Notes under the pieces: generated by a model | The model's input: only the letters and a program-made list of their open reading frames with translations | Database searches by the model: none | What the model was told of the DNA's origin: nothing | Shown: one piece after another, positions 47,688 to 57,426 of the stretch | Layout of the letters: the number at the start of each line of letters is the position of its first letter | Numbering within the stretch: position 1 is the stretch's first letter | From: Methanobacteriota archaeon | Lineage (GTDB): Archaea > Thermoplasmatota > Poseidoniia > Poseidoniales > Thalassarchaeaceae | Direction of reading: 5' to 3' | Assembly (NCBI GenBank): GCA_002722735.1 | Contig: PBMR01000005.1 | Coordinates: 1,570 to 65,569, forward strand | DNA: 64,000 nt | Program-made: the position numbers and the translations under genes

Positions 47688-50090
47688 GTGGGCGACCGAA
47701 TGGCTCCGAAGACAATGAGCATCGAGGTCGACGCGGAGAGTGCCGCTTCGCCCCAAACATCTATCCAAAAGGTCGCTGTCATCGGAAGCGGTGTGATGGG
47801 CGCGGGAATCGCGGCACATTGCGCTAACGCCGGGTGTGAGGTTCTCCTACTGGACGTCTTACCCAAGGACGCCGATGACAGGAGTGCCATTGCAAGGGGG
47901 GCCATCGGGCGGATGCCGAAGTCTAATCCTGAGATGCTGATGCACAAGAGCTACGCAGGGCGAATCACTCCGGGAAACATCGAAGACGATCTCCCGAAGC
48001 TAAAGGAGATCGATTGGGTAATAGAGGTTGTAATCGAGAATCTAGACATCAAGCGCAACCTGTACGACAGCCTAGTTGAGCACCTCGGCCACCGTACGAT
48101 TCTCTCATCCAACACATCGACCCTGCCTCGCTCCGAACTCACACATGGGATGCCCCATGACGTAGCCTCTAGGTTCCTGATTACCCACTTCTTCAACCCT
48201 CCACGATACATGCCTCTTCTGGAGGTTGTCGCAGGAGGAGAGGTGGACGAATCCGTCATCGAGCGCTTCTGCGACTTCGCCGACGAACGGCTCGGCAAGC
48301 GCGTCACTATGTGCAACGACACTCCGGGATTCATCGGGAACAGGCTTGGCGTCTTCTTCGGCCAACGCGCCTTCAAGGCCACACTCGACCACAGCTTCAC
48401 CGTTGAGCAAGCCGACGCCATGGCGGGCCGCCCAATCGGGATGCCAAAGACCGCCGTATTCGGGCTCATGGACCTCGTCGGCGTCGATTTGGTACCTCAC
48501 GTGATGGAGAGCATGCTTGCCCACCTGCCCCCTGACGACCCCTTCCACGAGATTGCTGGCACGGGAACCGAGATCGTCTCCTCTATGATTGAGGAAGGTT
48601 ATACCGGCCGCAAGGGCAAGGGCGGGTTCTATCGTCTCAACAAGGTCGATGGGAAGCGAGTCAAAGAGGCAAGATCCCTTTCAACGGGCGAGTACGCCCC
48701 TGCGAATCGTAGGGCAGCATTCCCATCAGCAAAAATGGGCAAACAGGGCCTCGAAGCCTTGCTGGACTACCCGGACGAGGGCGCGGCCTTCATCTCCGAT
48801 GTGCTGCTGGACACGCTGTCCTACGCAGCTTACATGGTTCCCGAGGCAAGCGACGACATTTATGCCATCGATGGTGCGATGAGAGTCGGCTACAACTGGA
48901 AGCGCGGCCCCTTTGAGATGATGGATGAAATAGGTGCGAGCTCCATGGTAGAGCGACTCGTTTCATCGGGTCGCGTAGTGCCACAGTTCCTCAACTTGGC
49001 TGCAGATAAAGGCGGCTTCTACGCTGTGAAGGATGGTGAGATTCAGCGACTATCACCCAACGGGAAGATGCTGAAAGTCGAACGCCCCGACTCTACCCTA
49101 TCGGTGGCGGACCTCAAGCGTCGAGGGAAGCCGCTGACTCGCAACGGGTCTGCGAGTGTTTGGGACATGGGCGATGAGGTACTGCTCGTCGAGTATCACA
49201 CCAAGATGAACGCCATGGATCCAATGAACATGGAAATGTTGCTCAATGCCATCGATATGGCAGAGTCAGATGGATGGAAGGGGGTGGTGATCGGAAACGA
49301 CGCCTCGAACTTCTGCGCCGGCGCGAACCTCGGCCTAGCGCTCTTTGCAGCCAACCTCGCTGCTTGGAAGGAGCTGGAGGACTTCATCAGCCTCGGTCAG
49401 GATACCTATCAGGCGGTCAAGTACTCCGAGGTCCCGGTCGTCGCTGCCTCCGCAGGAATGTGCTTGGGCGGTGGAACCGAGATTCTGATGCACTGCGACG
49501 CCGTTCAGGCACACGCCGAGTCTTATGTCGGACTGGTCGAGGTCGGCGTCGGCATCGTGCCCGCATGGGGTGGCTGCAAGGAGCTGCTCGGCCGTCTGCG
49601 TGATTTCGAAATATCCAGTGGTGGGCCAATGGGGCCCGTCATGCAGGCATTCGAGACGATTGGAACCGCACAGGTCGCCAAGTCCGCCGAGCAGGCTCGT
49701 TCCAGGGGCTTCCTCGGTCCGAAGGATAGGATTACCATGAATCGGGATAGGCTGCTCTCTGACGCAAAGGCACGTGTGCTTGAGATATCCCAGGACTACA
49801 CCCCACCCGAACCGCACTCATACCACTTGCCCGGACCATCTGGCAGAGCAGCACTCCAACTTGCGGTCAACGACCTCGCCTTATCGGGTAGGGCTACCCC
49901 GCACGATGTCGTCGTCGCTAGCGAGCTCGCTATAATTCTCTCCGGAGGGGATACCGACGTCACCGAGACATTGGGAGAGGACGAGATACTCGCTTTGGAG
50001 AGAGAGGCAATCGGTAGGCTCGGACGGGACACAGCGACCCTGGATCGAATGCAGCACATGCTTGAGACTGGCAAGCCCCTGAGGAACTGA
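47688..50090 (+). CDS. 3-hydroxyacyl-CoA dehydrogenase / enoyl-CoA hydratase fusion (FadN-like)
   Basis: GSGVMGAGIA, SNTS, HFFNPPRY, DTPGFIGNR, FCAGANL, LGGG.E and GLVEVGVG motifs; ends GKPLRN. Confidence 0.93.
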   Translation: MGDRMAPKTMSIEVDAESAASPQTSIQKVAVIGSGVMGAGIAAHCANAGCEVLLLDVLPKDADDRSAIARGAIGRMPKSNPEMLMHKSYAGRITPGNIEDDLPKLKEIDWVIEVVIENLDIKRNLYDSLVEHLGHRTILSSNTSTLPRSELTHGMPHDVASRFLITHFFNPPRYMPLLEVVAGGEVDESVIERFCDFADERLGKRVTMCNDTPGFIGNRLGVFFGQRAFKATLDHSFTVEQADAMAGRPIGMPKTAVFGLMDLVGVDLVPHVMESMLAHLPPDDPFHEIAGTGTEIVSSMIEEGYTGRKGKGGFYRLNKVDGKRVKEARSLSTGEYAPANRRAAFPSAKMGKQGLEALLDYPDEGAAFISDVLLDTLSYAAYMVPEASDDIYAIDGAMRVGYNWKRGPFEMMDEIGASSMVERLVSSGRVVPQFLNLAADKGGFYAVKDGEIQRLSPNGKMLKVERPDSTLSVADLKRRGKPLTRNGSASVWDMGDEVLLVEYHTKMNAMDPMNMEMLLNAIDMAESDGWKGVVIGNDASNFCAGANLGLALFAANLAAWKELEDFISLGQDTYQAVKYSEVPVVAASAGMCLGGGTEILMHCDAVQAHAESYVGLVEVGVGIVPAWGGCKELLGRLRDFEISSGGPMGPVMQAFETIGTAQVAKSAEQARSRGFLGPKDRITMNRDRLLSDAKARVLEISQDYTPPEPHSYHLPGPSGRAALQLAVNDLALSGRATPHDVVVASELAIILSGGDTDVTETLGEDEILALEREAIGRLGRDTATLDRMQHMLETGKPLRN

Positions 50091-50099
50091 GGTGAGTGA

Positions 50100-51905
50100 A
50101 TGGTGGAATACAACGCACCTATACGGGACTACGAATTCCTGTACAACGAGGTCTTAGATGCGATTCCAACCGCACAGAGGCTGGGCTTCGTTGACTTCGA
50201 TGCAGAATTTTTGTCCATGTTGATGGAGGGATGGGCCGAGCACACTACTGAAGTCTGGTTACCAATCAACCAATTGGGAGACATTGAGGGCCTCAAGTTC
50301 GAGGATGGAACCATCAAGATGCCTCAGGAGTTCAAGGATGCCTATCGAGAGGGCATCGAAGGTGGTTGGATGTCCACCTCATGCAAGCCTGAGCATGGTG
50401 GTATGGGTGTCCCAGTTTTCTTCCAATCTGTTACCTGGGCGGAGTTCGGGACTGCTGCAAACATGGCAATGAGCGTACTTCCTGCTCTTTCAGTAGGAGT
50501 CTATGAGGTACTGACAGAGCACGGAGATCAGGAGTTAATTGATTACTTCGCAACAAACCTAGCTTCCGGTGAGTGGTCGGGTACGATGTGCCTGACTGAA
50601 CCGCACGCAGGCACGGATCTAGGCATTATCACAACTAAGGCCGAGCCGCAGGAGGACGGAACCTACAGAGTTTCAGGGACGAAGACCTTCATCACTTACG
50701 GCGAGCATGACATGACCGACAATATCGTTCACCTTGTTCTCGCAAAGACTCCCGGGGCCCCAGAGAGCACTAAGGGAATCACGCTCTTCTTGGTCCCGAA
50801 GTTCTTGCCTGCAGAGTGGGAGTCCGGCGGGGTTGAGGCCCTGTCTCAAGAACTCATGGCGACTCACAATGGGGTCACTTGCTCGGGCAGCGAGGAGAAG
50901 ATGGGACTGCATGCCTCACCGACCTGTGTCATGAACTTCGATGAAAGCATCGGATGGAGGGTTGGCGAACTCCATGAAGGAATGTCCCTGATGTTCCAGA
51001 TGATGAATAGGGAGAGGGTTGCAACGGGTATGATGGGAATCGGCCTCGCAGAAATAGCATATCAGAACGCACTAGCGTGGGCCCGCGAAAGAAGGCAAGG
51101 CAGAGACCTCAAGGGAATGCAGGATCCCAATGAGAGGGCAGACAACATCCTAGTTCATCCGGATGTGCGCAGAATGCTGCTTGAGGCCAAGGTCAACAAC
51201 GAGGGCTGCAGAGCCTTAGCGGCATGGACGGGGCTGCTGCTCGATCAGATGAGTAGCGAGGATCCGGAGGAAGCAGAGTACGCGAATGCTCTGATATCAT
51301 TGTTCACCCCGATAGTCAAGGCACACTTCACCGATTTGGGCTGCGAGACTGCAAGCACCTGCATGCAGGTGATGGGTGGGGCGGGATACTGTTCCGAGTT
51401 TGGCGTCGAGCAATTCTATCGCGATGTCAGGATTTCCAGAATCTGGGAAGGCACCAATGGTATCCAAGCATTGGATCTAACCGGGCGCAAAATCACCCAA
51501 AACATGGGTAAGAACCTACGCCACCTGATGTGGCCACTCACCGAGTTCATCGAGGAGAACCGGGACATTCCTGAGATGTCCGAATTCAACAAACCACTTC
51601 ACCAAGGGGTTCGAGGCCTCCAACATCTCACCCTTCTACTGATTGCCGAGGGTCAGGCCAATCCCCACTTCCTAGCCGCTGGAGCCACTGACTACTGTCG
51701 CTATTTCGGCAACATATTGCTCGCCTACATGTGGGCAAGGATGGCCAGAGTCGCGCTTGAGAGTGTCGGGGATCCGTTCTATGATGCCAAGATCGCTAGT
51801 GCCCGCTTCTTCTTCAAGAGAATCTTTCCTGAGACGGTAGGGCTTGCAGCCAAGATTCAAGCTGGGCACAAGCCCATGATGGAATACCCGGAGGCGATGA
51901 TGTGA
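50100..51905 (+). CDS. Acyl-CoA dehydrogenase
   Basis: MCLTEPHAGTDL, G.K.FIT, KMG, RRQG, GG.GY and IWEGTNGIQA motifs; SD GAGGTGA. Confidence 0.95.
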   Translation: MVEYNAPIRDYEFLYNEVLDAIPTAQRLGFVDFDAEFLSMLMEGWAEHTTEVWLPINQLGDIEGLKFEDGTIKMPQEFKDAYREGIEGGWMSTSCKPEHGGMGVPVFFQSVTWAEFGTAANMAMSVLPALSVGVYEVLTEHGDQELIDYFATNLASGEWSGTMCLTEPHAGTDLGIITTKAEPQEDGTYRVSGTKTFITYGEHDMTDNIVHLVLAKTPGAPESTKGITLFLVPKFLPAEWESGGVEALSQELMATHNGVTCSGSEEKMGLHASPTCVMNFDESIGWRVGELHEGMSLMFQMMNRERVATGMMGIGLAEIAYQNALAWARERRQGRDLKGMQDPNERADNILVHPDVRRMLLEAKVNNEGCRALAAWTGLLLDQMSSEDPEEAEYANALISLFTPIVKAHFTDLGCETASTCMQVMGGAGYCSEFGVEQFYRDVRISRIWEGTNGIQALDLTGRKITQNMGKNLRHLMWPLTEFIEENRDIPEMSEFNKPLHQGVRGLQHLTLLLIAEGQANPHFLAAGATDYCRYFGNILLAYMWARMARVALESVGDPFYDAKIASARFFFKRIFPETVGLAAKIQAGHKPMMEYPEAMM

Positions 51906-52966
51906 CCATGGCTGAAGAACGGACAAAAAGAAGCCTCAGACGAGGCCGGGCAGCAGCCTATGAAAAGACCCCAGTCAACTGGGCCCCGACCATACCGGGC
52001 GTGCTGATGATAGTGATTCCTATGGAACTACTCGCCCTAGCAGCATTGCCCGAGTGGCGCGCAAATCAAACCTCATGGCTATTGTTTGGCATCACTATCC
52101 CATTCGCAGCCTGGCTCTTTGTTTACTGGAAGATTTACCTCTCTGTATTCGTCACCACCAGTGGCGTTCCCGCCGAACCAATCAATCCCAGATGGAACCC
52201 ATTCACATTCATGGGGTGGGGTGGAGAGACGCTCAAGGCAAATCTTCTCGAGTCCGACGAGAAGAGCGAGGACCTGCTCCTATTCCTCCACGGCTACGGG
52301 TCCTGCCTGTCTTGGGGGGAGTCGAGACCCTTGCATATCCATAGCATGGGGGTCAACGTAATCAGCCTTGACTTGAGGGGCTTTGGTAAACAAAAGGGCA
52401 GGTTGGACTGGACCCTCCTAAAGGTCATAGCCGACATTGAAGGGCTGTTGGAAGGGACCCCTTCAATTCTGGGATTCAAGCCGCAGAGACTGTGGATCTA
52501 TGGGCACTCCATGGGCGGTTTCATTACCATCAGGCTAGCTTCCCACCACTCTGGTTGGTGGGGGGATGCACTACAGGGAATCATACTGGAGTCCCCCGCA
52601 GCGTCCTTCCCTATGATCATCGATAACAACTTACCCGGCAGGATGGTCATGGCAAGACCATGGGTCAGACAAGTGTTGAGGAGGGAGCACGAGCGAATAC
52701 ATCCCGACTTGAATGTCAGATATGCCAACTCGGAACTCCCCTACTGTGGCATTCCCGAGGTACCCGCACTCGTCGTGCAAGCAGAGCACGATGAGACTCT
52801 CGGGACGGAGCACTTCGCGCTAATTCAGGAGCACATGGCTGAGAACTCCGAAATCCACGTCCTCGACATGCCTCACACATCCACGGTGGATACCGATGAG
52901 CGACGCTCGACGGTCGAGGTGTGGATGGAAGAGCAACTCGGCTACAATAGGAACGTGAGTGGATGA
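51902..52966 (+). CDS. Membrane-anchored alpha/beta hydrolase (lipase/esterase-like)
   Basis: Two N-terminal TM helices; LHG, DLRGFG and GHSMGG motifs; start 51902 or 51908. Confidence 0.85.
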   Translation: MTMAEERTKRSLRRGRAAAYEKTPVNWAPTIPGVLMIVIPMELLALAALPEWRANQTSWLLFGITIPFAAWLFVYWKIYLSVFVTTSGVPAEPINPRWNPFTFMGWGGETLKANLLESDEKSEDLLLFLHGYGSCLSWGESRPLHIHSMGVNVISLDLRGFGKQKGRLDWTLLKVIADIEGLLEGTPSILGFKPQRLWIYGHSMGGFITIRLASHHSGWWGDALQGIILESPAASFPMIIDNNLPGRMVMARPWVRQVLRREHERIHPDLNVRYANSELPYCGIPEVPALVVQAEHDETLGTEHFALIQEHMAENSEIHVLDMPHTSTVDTDERRSTVEVWMEEQLGYNRNVSG

Positions 52967-53220
52967 GCTTGAGGAGTAGGTTCGAGCGGGCCCAGAAGAA
53001 GGTGTGGAGGCTTCCGCTCAGGCCCTCAGACGAGAAACTGCTACAACTCTACGCTCTCTTCAAACAAGGATCTGTGGGGGATTGCTCCGGGAGAGCAAGA
53101 GGCGACGTCAAGCAACGCTGGAAGTGGAAGTTCTGGAAGCGTTTGGAAGGCACGCCGAAGGAGGAGGCCATGTTGCGATATTGTGACATGGTGGATGCTT
53201 TGATGAGCGCAGGCGGGTGA
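52963..53220 (+). CDS. Acyl-CoA-binding protein (ACBP)
   Basis: F..A...V..L...P..E.LL.LYALFKQ...GD and KW..W..L.G..KEEAM..Y signature, 85 aa. Confidence 0.88.
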   Translation: MSLRSRFERAQKKVWRLPLRPSDEKLLQLYALFKQGSVGDCSGRARGDVKQRWKWKFWKRLEGTPKEEAMLRYCDMVDALMSAGG

Positions 53221-53241
53221 CACGGACCGGGAGCCCGTGGG

Positions 53242-53742
53242 ATGCCAATCGATGATACCAAGCTCGAATCAGAGCTCAAAGGCCTAAGGCGACGCATGAG
53301 GTTCCGGCTTTTCACCGCCCTGTCCATGCCCGCAGCCGCCTTCGTTGGACTCGGGATCAATCGAATCGACAAAACCACCTGCGTTACCTCCCTTCCCGGT
53401 GGATGGCGGACCCAGAACCCCTTTCGAACGATGTATTGGGCGGTCCAGGGAATGGGGGCAGAGCTCTCTACTGGGGCTGCCCCCTTCGCTTTGTCCAGGT
53501 CGATGCCGGAAAAGTTGAGGATGTTTGTCGTCGGCGTTGAGAGTACATTCACCAAGCGTGCAAAGGGAAAAGTCACTTTCATCTGCGAGGACGTCGAAAA
53601 GACCCGCAAAGCAATCGAGGAGAGCCTCGCTACGGGGGAATCGGTCAATTGTAACCTCAAGTCGATAGGCCACGACTCGTCGGGGGACGTTGTGTCAGAG
53701 TGGGTATTCAAGTGGAACTTCCGAGTATTACAGGATAGGTGA
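53242..53742 (+). CDS. Hotdog-fold thioesterase-like protein (DUF4442-like)
   Basis: QNPF.TMYWA...M.AELSTG and F.KRAKG...F.C motifs. Confidence 0.75.
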   Translation: MPIDDTKLESELKGLRRRMRFRLFTALSMPAAAFVGLGINRIDKTTCVTSLPGGWRTQNPFRTMYWAVQGMGAELSTGAAPFALSRSMPEKLRMFVVGVESTFTKRAKGKVTFICEDVEKTRKAIEESLATGESVNCNLKSIGHDSSGDVVSEWVFKWNFRVLQDR

Positions 53743-53746
53743 CTCC

Positions 53747-54745
53747 ATGGAAACCCATTCCCGACTCACCGAGCATGCTGGGGTCGAGTACCCAATCATC
53801 TGCGGTGCAATGTACCCTTGTTCAAATCCCGAGCTTGTGGCAGCTGCCTCCGAGGGAGGAGGAATTGCCATCGTCCAGCCCCTTTCCCTCACCGAAGTTC
53901 ACGGATTCAACAAGCCCGACAGGATTGAGGGACTCAGGATCGCAATCCGTCACATCAGAACCCTCACTGACAAGCCGATAGGATTCAACGCACTAATCGA
54001 GAAGGGCAGTGAGAAGTACCTCCAGAAAATGTCTGAGTGGATAGACGTAGCACTGGAAGAGGGCATTCGGTTCTTCGTCACCTCCCTTGGTAAACCAGAT
54101 TGGGTATGCGAGAAGGTTCACGCCTATGGCGGTGCAGTCTACCATGACGTTACCAATCGCAAGTGGGCTGAGAAGGGCAAGGAATGCGGTGTCGACGGTC
54201 TGATCTGCGTCAATAACCGTGCAGGGGGCCATCTTGGCGACATGACGATGGAGGAGATGTACGAGGAGCTCTGCGACATGGGCCTATCCTTGGTATGCGC
54301 TGGGGGGATTGGCAGCGAGGTCGAGCTCAACAGGGCTCTGGAGATTGGCTACGACGGCGTCCAGATGGGGACTCGCTTCATCGCCACGACGGAGTGCTCC
54401 ACCCCCCAGGATTACAAGGATGCCATCGTAGAGGCCGGTGAGGGCGACATCACATGGACCACCAAGCATACCGGTGTCCCAGTTGCGGTATTCAAGACTA
54501 GGGGTTTCAAACAGCACAATTCGTGGCTGGTCCGCAAGCTATTGTCCGGTCGCTTCAAGCACAGGGTCAGAGCAACGCTGTCCGCATACAGCGTCCTCCG
54601 GTGGAAGGCATTCGGCAAAGGCAAGAAGAAGTCCTCCAAGGATCTCTGGTCGGCGGGTAAGAGCGTTGAGACCGTGCGCAGCATCGAGTCCGCTACCACT
54701 ATAATGCACCGTCTCGGAGAGTCGACCTCAACCGAATCCGAATAA
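53747..54745 (+). CDS. Nitronate monooxygenase / FabK-like FMN oxidoreductase
   Basis: YPII.G.M, AGGH, AGGIG, GVQMGTRFIAT.E and WSAGKSV motifs. Confidence 0.88.
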   Translation: METHSRLTEHAGVEYPIICGAMYPCSNPELVAAASEGGGIAIVQPLSLTEVHGFNKPDRIEGLRIAIRHIRTLTDKPIGFNALIEKGSEKYLQKMSEWIDVALEEGIRFFVTSLGKPDWVCEKVHAYGGAVYHDVTNRKWAEKGKECGVDGLICVNNRAGGHLGDMTMEEMYEELCDMGLSLVCAGGIGSEVELNRALEIGYDGVQMGTRFIATTECSTPQDYKDAIVEAGEGDITWTTKHTGVPVAVFKTRGFKQHNSWLVRKLLSGRFKHRVRATLSAYSVLRWKAFGKGKKKSSKDLWSAGKSVETVRSIESATTIMHRLGESTSTESE

Positions 54746-54790
54746 CTGTCACAGGGCGATTACTAAGTCAGGCTGACCCCTCCATGAAGC

Positions 54791-55258
54791 GTGGACCCAG
54801 TTCGCGCCACCATCATCCTAGTCCATCCTCTAGCTGCCCTCTCTCTCATCTGGCTGTTCTACGGGCAGAGGCGATGGCGCCGCGACTCCCACGTTCTCGA
54901 CAAAGACGGCTTGAGGGCGTCGGTAGAGCGCCACGAATCGATGGGTGTCAGAATCACAGTTGCAACTCTTTGCATCGTCGTACTGGCCTTCGGCTCGAAT
55001 GCAATCAGAGGATTAATCGATGCCAACGATGCAACCTCTTACTTGCTACCCGGGCACTTCCACGGCTGGACTGGCCTCCTAGGACTGATGCTGATGCTCG
55101 TTCTCTGGATGCTTGGACGGAAGACCCAGGATGCGAAGACCGCTGGTGAGTCCTTCGCTAAGGAGATGCAGATGCACGGCAGGCTCAGCGAATTGATGGC
55201 AGTGCTTGCCGTGATTCATGCATTCCTAGGCTTCCTCTACTTGCTGACCATCCTGTGA
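54791..55258 (+). CDS. 4-TM His-containing membrane protein (DUF4079 / cytochrome b561-like)
   Basis: HP, H...G, HGWTG and MHG His pattern in TM helices. Confidence 0.6.
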   Translation: MDPVRATIILVHPLAALSLIWLFYGQRRWRRDSHVLDKDGLRASVERHESMGVRITVATLCIVVLAFGSNAIRGLIDANDATSYLLPGHFHGWTGLLGLMLMLVLWMLGRKTQDAKTAGESFAKEMQMHGRLSELMAVLAVIHAFLGFLYLLTIL

Positions 55259-56239
55259 GTGCCGATTCGCCCAAATGTCAAGCCAAGCAGCAAGATTTGC
55301 CTTGATGTCAGAGTCGACCACCCTCCTCGCTCCCCCCTCACCGTCCTTCAATGGCCGGATTCTACAACCGCAGGCATTGGCGTGACCCCCTCCATCTGGG
55401 TCGAAGCGGGTAGCCAAGCGGGTGAGATCGAAAACCCCTCCCTCAGGGTGGAGGAAGGAATTGGTGTAGAACGAGGCCGAAACAGGGTATCGCCCTTCCT
55501 CTCCGAAAGCCGCTCCGACGTTGCCGTGAACGATTACACAGGCATCACAGGCATCGCCCACAAGCGCAGTAACGTGGTAGCCGTTCGAGCGCATGCCAAG
55601 ATCCTCAAGACGAGCGATAGCCAGCCTATCGTCCACGTACACACACTCCAGTATCGCTTGTGTGAGAGCCACTCGTTGGTCCCTGCGCTCTGCGACCCTA
55701 GAAGCGATATCAGACTCAGAGAGAATCGCCTTGATGCTCTCCCCCTCTTGCAGTGACTCGAGCACGCTCATTGCCGTCCCTTCTCCAACATCTATTACAC
55801 GACCCAGCCAGACTGCTGGATGGTCCGAGAGGTACTCCTCTCTCGTGACTCCGCCACCATCTAGCTTGTCCACCCACGTCAAGAGATCTTCTAGGTCGGA
55901 CAGATCCACTCTCTCGGACACCAATTCGTAGGCGATTCTTGCAGCCGAGGGAGTGTTCCGCCAGACGATGACGGAATCGGACCCATCATCCTTGGAGGGC
56001 TCGTTAGTCTGATGGTGATCGATGCTCAGACCGCAGTCGGGATGTCGTGGAAGATCACAGACTGCGGTGTTCCTGTCCATCTGTCCGTCGAGAAGACCAG
56101 CCCGCAACTCTCCTGGGTGACCGAAGACCACTTCAGCTTCTGGCCACCATCGCCGCAGAATCGCCGCAGTGACAACTCCATCTAGGTCGCTGTCGGTGAC
56201 AATGCGACGTATGTCTAGGTCTAGCGGGGCGGCGGCCAT
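55226..56239 (-). CDS. DHH-family phosphoesterase
   Basis: DSDLDG, CDLP, IDHH, SAARI and GGGH..ACGC motifs. Confidence 0.88.
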   Translation of the reverse strand: MAAAPLDLDIRRIVTDSDLDGVVTAAILRRWWPEAEVVFGHPGELRAGLLDGQMDRNTAVCDLPRHPDCGLSIDHHQTNEPSKDDGSDSVIVWRNTPSAARIAYELVSERVDLSDLEDLLTWVDKLDGGGVTREEYLSDHPAVWLGRVIDVGEGTAMSVLESLQEGESIKAILSESDIASRVAERRDQRVALTQAILECVYVDDRLAIARLEDLGMRSNGYHVTALVGDACDACVIVHGNVGAAFGEEGRYPVSASFYTNSFLHPEGGVFDLTRLATRFDPDGGGHANACGCRIRPLKDGEGGARRVVDSDIKANLAAWLDIWANRHSQDGQQVEEA

Positions 56240-56358
56240 CCCAATGTAGCCAAAGCATCCCCCCAATGGTGGTTTCGCAACGAGCCCCTCTGCCCACGCA
56301 AGGTTTTCATCCGGGGGCAAGGCTCAGTTAGGATGTGCGCGACTCGGTCGAAGGGAGT

Positions 56359-56772
56359 ATGGAGACGTCCTGCGGGTTCATCCTATTCAACTTCGACAGC
56401 ATCCTGCTTCTGCAGTACCCCCAAGGTCACTGGAGCTATCCAAAGGGCCATGTCGAAGAGGGAGATCCCAATCACCATTCAACTGCAGCTAGGGAGTTGA
56501 CCGAGGAAACGGGAATATCCCGGATAACAATATTCGAGGGCTGGAGCCAGAGGACGCAGTACACCTTCCGGAAGAAGGGCAAGCAGACTACCAAGCAAGT
56601 GTTCTGGTATCTCGCGGAGACTGATCAACTCGATGTATCCCTATCCCACGAGCACACGAACTACCTATGGCTCGATTTCGAGCAAGCCGAGCAGCAAATC
56701 ACCTTCGTGCAGGAGAAGGAACTCCTCCGCTCTGCCTGTGAGCACCTGAGGAGCGCTGGACACATAGTCTGA
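56359..56772 (+). CDS. Nudix hydrolase (Ap4A hydrolase-like)
   Basis: HW.YPKGHVEEG...TAARELTEETG and LSHEH motifs. Confidence 0.9.
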   Translation: METSCGFILFNFDSILLLQYPQGHWSYPKGHVEEGDPNHHSTAARELTEETGISRITIFEGWSQRTQYTFRKKGKQTTKQVFWYLAETDQLDVSLSHEHTNYLWLDFEQAEQQITFVQEKELLRSACEHLRSAGHIV

Positions 56773-56773
56773 C

Positions 56774-57382
56774 TCAGGACTCGCGCTCGCCCAGTGGGGT
56801 CCACAGGACCTCATTCTCACTGGTACAATGCGCAATCCATCTTGCGAGGACGAATAGCCAATCCGACAGTCGGTTGAGATATGCCATCACTTCGGGTCGC
56901 ACGGCATCCTCTCCCTCCTTGTCACGCAGTGAGCAGGCTCCCCTCTCCGCTCTTCTCGCCACAGTCCTAGCAACATGCATAGTTGCCACCGGTGCTGAAC
57001 CTGTTGGCAGAATGAATGACTCCAGAGGCTCAAGATCTTCCAGCCATCCATCCATCTCGGAGACGAGGCGGTCAGGCTGCCCACTCCCCACGAGAGTTAC
57101 TTTCTCGGGAATCGACCCAGGTGGGCACGAGCACTCCCCGCCGATATCGAATAACTCCTGTTGCACCCGATCCAGAGATTCATCGGCAATATTGGCATGG
57201 ACAGACTGTAGTGATTCAGACCGGGAGATTTCCATTCTGACGACCCCAATATGCGAGTTCAACTCGTCAATAGTACCGAACAGTCCGACCCTGCCATCCT
57301 GCTTGCCGACTCTAGACCCATCCAACAACGAAGTTTCCCCTCCGTCACCGGTCCCGGTATGGACTCTGTTGATTCGAACCAT
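56774..57382 (-). CDS. pduO: PduO-type ATP:cob(I)alamin adenosyltransferase
   Basis: T.TGD.G.T, G.IDELNS.IG, FILP.G, RTV.RRAER and YLNRLSDWLF motifs. Confidence 0.92.
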   Translation of the reverse strand: MVRINRVHTGTGDGGETSLLDGSRVGKQDGRVGLFGTIDELNSHIGVVRMEISRSESLQSVHANIADESLDRVQQELFDIGGECSCPPGSIPEKVTLVGSGQPDRLVSEMDGWLEDLEPLESFILPTGSAPVATMHVARTVARRAERGACSLRDKEGEDAVRPEVMAYLNRLSDWLFVLARWIAHCTSENEVLWTPLGERES

Positions 57383-57426
57383 CGGTGGCTGCGAGGGGTT
57401 AGACGCTTTCAACCGTACTCAGGCCA

